From Bdellovibrionales bacterium (GTDB taxonomy: Bacteria > Bdellovibrionota > Bdellovibrionia > Bdellovibrionales > JAUICD01): a DNA stretch of 15,070 bases. Location of the stretch: the NCBI GenBank assembly GCA_965197425.1, contig CBDANC010000004.1, positions 1 through 15,070 of the forward strand. The letters run 5' to 3'. Below the pieces are notes generated by a model. It was not told the origin of the DNA and made no database searches. It saw only the letters and a program-made list of their open reading frames with translations. Below, piece after piece: positions 8,506 through 15,070 of this stretch (positions are counted from its first letter, which is position 1; the number at the start of each line of letters is the position of its first letter). The position numbers and the translations under genes are program-made.

Positions 8506-9516
8506 TTATTTTGAGTGAAACAACGTCTTTGCAATAAGACTTGTTGGACTGTATTTTTTAATTTGAGAGAGATCAATCCATTGTTTGTGGGTAGTATCAA
8601 AGTCAAAATCGTCTGATTGAGAGTATTTTTTTTGCATTTGCACATAAATATTATGATGAGTGATGGTGTGCTTGAAATCAAAAACTTCAGGAGGATTTTT
8701 TAGTTTTTGAATTTGTCCAGGCCATATCCATTGTCCTTTTAAAAAAGCAGAATGATGATTTTTTACTAGTAAGACTTTGCTTTTATAGCGATGGTGGTAG
8801 TAGATTAGAGGTCTCCAAAGCCATGGCTCAGATTTACGTCGCAATCTCATTAAAGGCACGGATCCTATTTGATGATGTTGATAGCTTTTACATGTTTTTT
8901 GTAGAGGGCAAAGGTGGCAGGTTGGAGATTTTGGCAAGCATACTTTTGCGCCTATTTCTATGAGCGCTTGATTGATATCTGCTACTTGATTGTCTTTTGC
9001 CCATTGATCAGCAAGGGATTGAAAGTGAGAACGTCCTTGTGTAGTCCACCACTTTTCTTTGATGAGATGGTAACGAGCTAAAAAGCGAATCACATTACCG
9101 TCTAGGACTCCTATTTTTTGTCCAAAAGTAAAACTTGCAATAGCTCTGCTTGTGTAGGGGCCTATTCCTGGTAGCGCGATAAGTTCTTGCCATGTCTTTG
9201 GAAAATGACCTTTATATTTTTTAAAGATAATTTGAGCTGTTTTATGAATATTTTTAGCTCGTGTATAATAACCTAAACCGCTCCAAGCTTCTAAAACATC
9301 ACTTTCATTGGCTGTGGCAAGGCTTTGGAGTAAAGGAAACTTCTTGAAGAATGTTTCATAGTAGGGAATAACAGTCACAGAAGTTGTTTGTTGCAACATG
9401 ATTTCTGATATCCAGATTTTATAAGGGTCTAGAGCTTTTTTTTGTGTTTCTCTCCATGGCAACTTGCGTCTATTTTGAAAATACCAATTTAAAAGCAATT
9501 TTTTTTTATTCAGCAT
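8506..9516 (-). CDS. mutY: A/G-specific adenine DNA glycosylase MutY
   Basis: RKLPWR, PYKIWISEIMLQQT, WSGLGYYTRA, HhH LPGIGPYT, catalytic VLDGNV, and the [4Fe-4S] motif CLPKSPTCHLCPLQKTC. Shortened C-terminal domain with FKHTITHH. Confidence 0.96.
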   Translation of the reverse strand: MLNKKKLLLNWYFQNRRKLPWRETQKKALDPYKIWISEIMLQQTTSVTVIPYYETFFKKFPLLQSLATANESDVLEAWSGLGYYTRAKNIHKTAQIIFKKYKGHFPKTWQELIALPGIGPYTSRAIASFTFGQKIGVLDGNVIRFLARYHLIKEKWWTTQGRSHFQSLADQWAKDNQVADINQALIEIGAKVCLPKSPTCHLCPLQKTCKSYQHHQIGSVPLMRLRRKSEPWLWRPLIYYHHRYKSKVLLVKNHHSAFLKGQWIWPGQIQKLKNPPEVFDFKHTITHHNIYVQMQKKYSQSDDFDFDTTHKQWIDLSQIKKYSPTSLIAKTLFHSK

Positions 9517-9749
9517 TTTTAAAAATCCAATTTATATAAAACTTTACATTATTAAAATAAATGTAATAAAGTACTTAGGTTTATAGACAGTGAAATCTAA
9601 AAGTATCCATAGGAAAATAAATGTTGAGGGTTATTACAGTCTATTTACCAAGAAACTTCTCATTTACACCTGTAAGTGTAAAGGCATTTTTTCATCTTTT
9701 GTTGAAGCTAGCCGTCAGATTTCATAGATCATTAAAATGAGGTGAGATA

Positions 9750-10562
9750 GTGGAGCATATCTCTGATCCTACAGAGCTTTCTTTTATTATGATTCTACTC
9801 TTAGGGCTTTCCTTATCTGTTCTTAGTGGTGCTGTGGGACCTTTTGTATTGGCAAGTAGGACAAGCTCCTTAATTGGTAGTGTTTCTCATGCTATATTGG
9901 CAGCCGTGGGTATTGCTGTTTATTTTGATTGGAATCAATTTATTTGTATTCTTGTTTTTGGGATTTTTGTTGGCATTGTTATAGGTATTATCAGCATCAA
10001 AGATATTGAAAACAAGGAATTGATTATGAACATTATTTGGTCCATAGGGATGGCCTTAGGAGTGATCCTTCTCTATCAAAAAGGATATGATGGAGAAGAG
10101 ATCATGCATGTTTTGTTTGGCAACATAAAACATCTTAATGAACAAGATATTGTTATTTTATGTATAGGCAGTTTGAGTGTAGTAGGATTTATTATCTATT
10201 ATTTTAAGAAATTTTCTAATATGGTTTTTGATCTTGACCGGTTAAAGCATCTAGCGCGTTCATCTCATTTGACATATTTATTTCTTTTAGGATTGATCTC
10301 TTTCACTGTGATACTGATGGTGAAGTTTGTAGGTATTGTTTTGGTTTTATCTTTACTTTCTCTGCCAGCAGCAATAGCTAAACGATTGACTCAAAAAATG
10401 CATCAACAGATCTTTTATGGAATTGCTTTAGCAATGATCATGACACTTGGAGGATTAGAATTATCCTTTTTACTTTATTGGCCTATAGGGGCTACAATCA
10501 CATTATTTAGTGGAATTTGTTATTTACCATTTTTATTTAATAGAAAAAATAAAACTATTTGA
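9750..10562 (+). CDS. Metal (Zn/Mn) ABC transporter permease, ZnuB/ABC-3 family
   Basis: Polytopic membrane protein with GPFVLASRTSSLIGSVSHAILA, VLFGNI, KFVGIVLVLSLLSLPAAIA and PIGATI motifs. GAGGTG RBS before the GTG. Confidence 0.88.
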   Translation: MEHISDPTELSFIMILLLGLSLSVLSGAVGPFVLASRTSSLIGSVSHAILAAVGIAVYFDWNQFICILVFGIFVGIVIGIISIKDIENKELIMNIIWSIGMALGVILLYQKGYDGEEIMHVLFGNIKHLNEQDIVILCIGSLSVVGFIIYYFKKFSNMVFDLDRLKHLARSSHLTYLFLLGLISFTVILMVKFVGIVLVLSLLSLPAAIAKRLTQKMHQQIFYGIALAMIMTLGGLELSFLLYWPIGATITLFSGICYLPFLFNRKNKTI

Positions 10563-10609
10563 AATATGGACATAATCATAGTAAGAATAATCTTTATAAG
10601 GATGTATTT

Positions 10610-10969
10610 GTGAAAGAGATCATATCGAGATTTTATCAAGTCACTATTATTATTGTTTTTATTGTGATTTTTGTATCTTGTTCTTCATCATTAAAACAAA
10701 ATAACAAAGTGTCTGCTCAAAGTTCAGAAGGGCAAGTGAAAGAATTAAAACCAGAATGGTCAGAATGTGAAGTAAGTACAGATTGTGTAAAAATAAAGAG
10801 TTTTTGCGGGTTGCCAGCAATAGCTCATAAAAAGTACGAAGATGACTTCTTAGCTTTTGTTAAACAAAATAAAAGATCTGTTGATTGTAGTAAATATAAA
10901 GATATGAATTATGGCTCTATTGTAGAGGTTGTTTGTGAAAGTAAAAGGTGTAGATTAGTTATACCTTGA
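10610..10969 (+). CDS. Cys-rich lipoprotein (hypothetical)
   Basis: In-frame GTG at 10610 after AAGGA gives MKEIISRFYQVTIIIVFIVIFVSC|SSS (lipobox-like). The mature part has six Cys (ECEVSTDC...FCG...DC...VCESKRC). The ORF-track start at 10559 is probably too long. Confidence 0.72.
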   Translation: MKEIISRFYQVTIIIVFIVIFVSCSSSLKQNNKVSAQSSEGQVKELKPEWSECEVSTDCVKIKSFCGLPAIAHKKYEDDFLAFVKQNKRSVDCSKYKDMNYGSIVEVVCESKRCRLVIP

Positions 10970-11194
10970 CCTTAAAACCATGTCTTTATTTATACTTTTT
11001 AAAGACAGCTTTTTCAAGTTTTCTAACTTTTATCTCAAGATTTTTTATTAAGGTAATTATCAATAAGGAGGATACAGGAGTACTTGCTCATAAGACTATA
11101 AAATGATAGAGGCTTTTTAGGAGTGGATTCCGAGATAGTCTAGTCTTTTTAGGAATGATATCCGAAGTAGTCTTGACAGTCCTAAATAAATAAA

Positions 11195-11352
11195 TTACTA
11201 TTAAAGCAGCCTAAATATTATTTTTATGATACGGGACTTATCAAGGATCGTGGTGCTGCATTTGAAAATCTTATAGCTTGTAGTCTTTTAAAAGAAAATC
11301 ATTTTCGTGAAGATTGTTATGGCGAAACGCGAGGGCTTTATTATTTCGTAAC
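11195..11352 (+). pseudogene. Fragment of an AAA+ ATP-binding protein, DUF4143 domain
   Basis: My translation LLLKQPKYYFYDTGLIKDRGAAFENLIACSLLKENHFREDCYGETRGLYY matches the KxYFxDTG / GxxFEN motifs of DUF4143 proteins. No start codon, a stop at 11183-11185 just upstream, and similarity breaks (apparent frameshift) after LYY. Confidence 0.8.
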
Positions 11353-11480
11353 TTCAAATCGCAAGTGCAACTCTTTTGTGTTTATAGATATTTTTAAAAG
11401 TTGTATCATTTTAAGGTTAATATTCAAGTTTTAATTGTTATGAAAGATTAAGTAAATTATTTTATTTAAAGAGATATGCT

Positions 11481-11556
11481 TTGATGTTTATGGCAAAGTC
11501 TCGTAGTCCTCGAGCTAAAGCTCTGCGGAAGAACGATCCTTTGCCATAAACATCAA
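11481..11556. repeat. Palindromic structured element, family A copy 2
   Basis: Perfect 18-bp arms TTGATGTTTATGGCAAAG (11481-11498) / CTTTGCCATAAACATCAA (11539-11556). Core TCGTAGTCCTC-[GAGC taaa GCTC]-TGCGGAAGA. Confidence 0.85.
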
Positions 11557-11957
11557 GCTTTAGTTATTAAAGACTGTTGTTGTTATATTATAGAAGATCA
11601 AGTCACATTGGAAGAATGAAGACTTCAATGAACCATCTTCTGTCTATGAAACTCATTAGGACTTAGAAATCCTAAACTTTTTCGAGTTAAAGCTCAAAGT
11701 GAACCTTTTTTAAACCTATTTTTATTTGATTTAAGATCCGTAAAATAGAGTCTTGTGTCCAAATGTTAGGACAATATCCAGCCTTAAACTTTTAAAAGTC
11801 TATTTATTTGGTGTTTTAGCCTTAAAAATATTGGTACATATTTTGCATATATTATTTTCAGTCATCAGTAATGTGATAGGTGGGAAAAAGCATGACTTGC
11901 AAAGTCATTTTTGGATGAACTTTGCAATTGATTGCGAAAGGTTAGGGGTATTTTTTA

Positions 11958-13010
11958 ATGTCAGTTCATCGCAATAACAATGATCAACAAAGGAGTTTTT
12001 CAAGAGAACATCCTCATGATTTATTTTTTAGAAGATTTTTTTCTGGTAACAAGGAGGTAATAGCATTATTAGAAACAATTTTACCTCAATCTATCTTACA
12101 CCTTCTTGATCTATCTACTCTGAAGATTGAGAATAGTATTGTTGTTAAAGATTTAGAGATAAGAGTTGATTTAGTGTTAAATGTAAAACTTAAAAAATCT
12201 AAAAAGAAAGCTAAGATCTTTTTTATCATAGATCATAAGAGTTGGCCAGAGAGAAAAGTCATACAACAGTTACTAAAGTACCAATTCATGATAATGGAGA
12301 AGCATTATGATGAAAGGGAAGATTTTTTATCTCCAGTTTTAACTATTATTTTCTATCATGGTCATAAAAAATGGAACCCGTCATTTTCTTTACATAAGGA
12401 TTGGGTCTCTAGAGGAGTTTTTTCAAAGAAAGATTTAGGGAGAATTTCTGAATATCTTATAAACTTCACTCCTTATTTTTTTAATTTATCTGAATTTGAT
12501 ATAGAAAATAATGCGATAAAGAGGATAAAGCCAATTTTATACACATTTGAGCAGATTTGGTCTTTAAATAAGCTTAAGAGTTTGGATGAGAAGAAAGCCG
12601 CATTATATAAGATTTTGCTATCAGTAAAAAAGGACTTACAAGGAGAGGAAAAAGAATATATAATAAATGTGCTATTATGTATAAAGAGTTACCTTCTTCA
12701 ATACAACCCAGAGTTAGCAAAGGGATTATTAGAGGAAGTTTCAAAAGATGTCATGGAAGAGTTAGGAGGAGAGAATATCATGAAAGAACTTGATTTAACT
12801 ATAGCAGAAATCGTTCGTAAAAACTACGAAACATGGAAACAAGAAGGCCTACAGAAGGGTCGACAAGAAGGCAGGCAAGAGGGAAGACAAGAAGGAAGGC
12901 AAGAGGTGGTATTAAAGCTGCTTAAAGCTGATATGAGTGTGGAAAAAGTATCTAGAATTACTGGTTTTTCAAAAGAAAAAATCCGTAATTTTCAAAAAGA
13001 CTCTAAATAA
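11958..13010 (+). CDS. Rpn family recombination-promoting nuclease / putative transposase (YhgA-like, PD-(D/E)XK), full-length RpnL
   Basis: HPHDLFFRRFF, LDLSTLKIE, RVDLV...FIIDHKS, PVLTIIFYHGHKKW. C-terminal (QEGR)n repeats followed by LLKADMSVEKVSRITGFS helix-turn-helix-like tail. Confidence 0.92.
   Translation: MSVHRNNNDQQRSFSREHPHDLFFRRFFSGNKEVIALLETILPQSILHLLDLSTLKIENSIVVKDLEIRVDLVLNVKLKKSKKKAKIFFIIDHKSWPERKVIQQLLKYQFMIMEKHYDEREDFLSPVLTIIFYHGHKKWNPSFSLHKDWVSRGVFSKKDLGRISEYLINFTPYFFNLSEFDIENNAIKRIKPILYTFEQIWSLNKLKSLDEKKAALYKILLSVKKDLQGEEKEYIINVLLCIKSYLLQYNPELAKGLLEEVSKDVMEELGGENIMKELDLTIAEIVRKNYETWKQEGLQKGRQEGRQEGRQEGRQEVVLKLLKADMSVEKVSRITGFSKEKIRNFQKDSK
12780..13010 (+). CDS. Predicted intragenic small protein RpnS (76 aa, in frame with RpnL), candidate antitoxin
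   Basis: AGGAGGAGAG at 12764-12773 precedes in-frame ATG 12780 (Met275, MKELDLTIAEIV...). Internal translation of the C-terminal domain is established for Rpn proteins. Confidence 0.7.
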   Translation: MKELDLTIAEIVRKNYETWKQEGLQKGRQEGRQEGRQEGRQEVVLKLLKADMSVEKVSRITGFSKEKIRNFQKDSK

Positions 13011-13104
13011 AGATTTATTTTATGAGTCACATTTCATAAAACTATGTAAAAGTTTCATATTTATTTTGTCTTGAGTTCATGGATAAGGAATTTAGGATTT
13101 GTGT

Positions 13105-13419
13105 AAGGGGTTATTAGAGGAAGTTTCAAAAGATGTCATGGAAGAGTTAGGAGGAGAGAATATCATGAAAGAACTTGATTTAACTATAGCAGAAATCGTT
13201 CGTAAAAACTACGAAACATGGAAACAAGAAGGCCTACAGAAGGGTCGACAAGAAGGCAGGCAAGAGGTGGTATTAAAGCTGCTTAAAGCTGATATGAGTG
13301 TGGAAAAAGTATCTAGAATTACTGGTTTTTCAAAAGAAAAAATCCGTAATTTTCAAAAAGACTCTAAATAAAGATTTATTTTATGAGTCACATTTCATAA
13401 AACCATGTAAAATTTCATA
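13105..13419 (+). repeat. Direct duplication of the rpn 3' end and downstream flank (copy of ~12720-13059)
   Basis: Near-identical from AAGGG(A/G)TTATTAGAGGAAG through the stop codon and ~48 nt of 3' flank. It lacks 24 nt between two AGGCAAGAGG repeats. Confidence 0.95.
13165..13371 (+). CDS. Stand-alone (orphan) RpnS copy, 68 aa
   Basis: Keeps the AGGAGG RBS and ATG 13165. Protein identical to the intragenic RpnS except for two fewer QEGR repeats. The ORF-track start at 13099 (TTG) lies outside the duplicated segment. Confidence 0.72.
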   Translation: MKELDLTIAEIVRKNYETWKQEGLQKGRQEGRQEVVLKLLKADMSVEKVSRITGFSKEKIRNFQKDSK

Positions 13420-13604
13420 CCTATTATGTTGTTTTTTCATAAATTTGGTCTACTTGGACAGTAAGTGTCACTTTTTTTTTAACTCTAGCCTTCTTATAAG
13501 CTATTAAAGTTATTTATGTTTTATAATCTTCTATTTTTTGGCATTTATTGGACATAATTTATCACAAGTAGATACAATAAATAAACTGAATAAGGAGAAG
13601 AGTT

Positions 13605-14027
13605 ATAAAATTTATTTTACCTTTGTTATGTGTAACTATCTGGACTGGATATAAAGTGTCAGCTTACCAAGATAACAATTCTTCATCTCGGGCTGATAAT
13701 CAAACATCACTAGAAATTTTTTATCAAGATGTCCGTTCTTTTTTTAATGTTGTTACTAAATCTGATAATGATCAATGTCAAGCTTATATTTCTGAGAGAT
13801 CTAGGACTACAGATTTATTTAGATTCTATGAAGATAAGAGTTTATTTGAACTAACTGTTTCTAGATTTGATATTAGTCCTTCTGCAGAAGTTTTTTTTAT
13901 GCTGGACAGAGCTCAATATTCTCTAGAGAGAACTATAAGTGAAATCTCATTAGAAGATGTTAGAGAAGAGTTAGAGGTATTACAAGCGCAATTAGATTCT
14001 TGTCTAGAAAATGGTGTAGATGGTTAA
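13605..14027 (+). CDS. Small secreted hypothetical protein; apparent start codon is ATA (13605), alternatively TTG at 13623
   Basis: AAGGAG at 13592-13597 lies 7 nt before in-frame ATA AAA TTT ATT TTA, giving (M)KFILPLLCVTIWTGYKVSA|YQD, a signal-peptide-like N-terminus. Confidence 0.6.
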   Translation: MKFILPLLCVTIWTGYKVSAYQDNNSSSRADNQTSLEIFYQDVRSFFNVVTKSDNDQCQAYISERSRTTDLFRFYEDKSLFELTVSRFDISPSAEVFFMLDRAQYSLERTISEISLEDVREELEVLQAQLDSCLENGVDG

Positions 14028-14104
14028 ATATCTTAAGGCTACTATAAATATAGGAGGGGTTTTGTTGCGCAAATCTCTAGCAGATAAACTAAAGAGTACT
14101 TGTA

Positions 14105-14142
14105 TCAGCTATAGCTGAGTCATTTGCTCTGCCAACAGAGCA
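14105..14142. terminator. Possible bidirectional terminator hairpins between convergent genes
   Basis: Perfect palindrome TCAGCTATAGCTGA (14105-14118) and stem TGCTCTG-CCAA-CAGAGCA (14125-14142). No strong U-tract. Confidence 0.4.
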
Positions 14143-14158
14143 GCTATTTCGTTGACTG

Positions 14159-15070
14159 TTATTTTCGTTTGGAACATTTTACTGTTTTGCCGCCATTTGA
14201 ACCTTCACAAAGCCATACATAATGGTTATTTATCTCATCATCTGGCTGTGGCTTTGGAGTGCCAGCAGAGCAATCATTCCTTTGCCCCAGATTACAAGAA
14301 CCATTTATTCGTGGTTTTGCTTTTTGGCAATCTGTAGCAGTAGCGCCGCCATTTACGCCTATGCAATGCCATGTATAATGTGTATTTGTATCGGCTATGG
14401 CTGCATCATTTGCCGTGCCGGCAGAGCAGCCATTTCTTTGAGCATTATTACAAACACCGTTAACAGGTTTTGCTTTTTGACAATTTGTAGCAGTAGCACC
14501 GCCATTTGCGCCCATACAGAGCCATGTATAATGTGTATCTGTATCATCTATTGCGCCATCGTCTGGAGTCCCAGAGCTGCAGCCATTTCGTTGGCTGTTA
14601 TCACAAACTCCTTCGATGATACTTTTTAATCTGGTACAATTTTGATTTTTACCTCCATGCAAACCTTCACAAACCCATAGATAAAGGGTGGAATGTGTAT
14701 TATCTGGCGATGCCTTTGCAGTGCCCGCAAAACAACCATTTCTTTGATTCTGATCACAAACGCCATCGATAGGTATCAGTTTTTGACAATTTGTAGCAGT
14801 AGTGCCGCCATTTGCACCTACGCAGTACCATCTATAATGAGTATTTGTATCTGCAATAGCGTTGTCATTAGCAGTACCAGCAGAGCAGCCATTTTGCTGG
14901 TTGTTATCACAAGCACCGTTAATAGGTTTTGCCTTTTGACAATTTGTAGCAGTAGCGCCGCCATTTGCGCCTACGCAGTGCCATGTATAATGTGTATTTG
15001 TATCGGCTATTGCGCCATCATTAGCAGTACCAGCAGAGCAGCCATTTTGTTGGTTGTTATCACAAGTGCC
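14159..15070 (-). CDS. Cys-rich tandem-repeat protein (5'-partial, >=303 aa), six ~51-aa four-Cys modules
   Basis: The frame is open from the window end to the stop at 14159 (the ORF-track start at 14662 is an internal TTG Leu). Module consensus PINGxCDNxQxNGCSAGTANDxAIADTNTHYxWxCxGANGGATATNCQKAK, 153-bp period. Confidence 0.9.
   Translation of the reverse strand, partial: GTCDNNQQNGCSAGTANDGAIADTNTHYTWHCVGANGGATATNCQKAKPINGACDNNQQNGCSAGTANDNAIADTNTHYRWYCVGANGGTTATNCQKLIPIDGVCDQNQRNGCFAGTAKASPDNTHSTLYLWVCEGLHGGKNQNCTRLKSIIEGVCDNSQRNGCSSGTPDDGAIDDTDTHYTWLCMGANGGATATNCQKAKPVNGVCNNAQRNGCSAGTANDAAIADTNTHYTWHCIGVNGGATATDCQKAKPRINGSCNLGQRNDCSAGTPKPQPDDEINNHYVWLCEGSNGGKTVKCSKRK

Noticed and set aside
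8388..8681. 97-aa minus-strand ORF
   Set aside because: Overlaps the mutY 3' end out of frame and runs through palindromic element B; not protein-like.
11753..11977. 74-aa ORF upstream of rpn (and ORF 13298-13507 downstream)
   Set aside because: Weak starts, out-of-frame overlaps with real genes, and no motifs.
11958..13010. rpn as an IS transposase with element ends
   Set aside because: No terminal inverted repeats or target duplication are evident, and Rpn proteins are not shown to be true transposases despite the annotation name.
12720..13419. Diversity-generating retroelement TR/VR pair
   Set aside because: The copies are nearly identical, with a repeat-length indel rather than many adenine-specific substitutions, and no reverse transcriptase is present.
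14152..14629. Plus-strand ORFs 14152-14337 and 14222-14629
   Set aside because: Antisense shadows of the repetitive minus-strand gene.

Overview
AT-rich bacterial chromosomal window. The gene complement (two-domain Nfu_N+NifU protein, MutY, giant Cys-rich secreted-type repeat proteins, an Rpn gene) suggests a Bdellovibrionota-like genome; this is inference only. From left to right: the 3' part of a giant Cys/Gly-rich protein gene that appears broken by a frameshift near 260; a perfect 12 x 29-bp spacerless tandem repeat; an nfuA/nifU-like gene; a secreted PsbP/DcrB-like protein; an 868-bp spacer holding four palindromic elements; mutY; an orphan ZnuB-like permease; a Cys-rich lipoprotein; a DUF4143 ATPase remnant; an Rpn (PD-(D/E)XK) gene with a strong internal RBS+ATG, followed by a near-identical stand-alone copy of that internal C-terminal ORF; a small secreted protein; and the 3' part of a second Cys-repeat protein on the minus strand. 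The most notable signals are (1) the RpnL / intragenic RpnS / extra orphan RpnS arrangement and (2) two families of dispersed structured elements, each with two full copies in the window and compensatory base changes between them.
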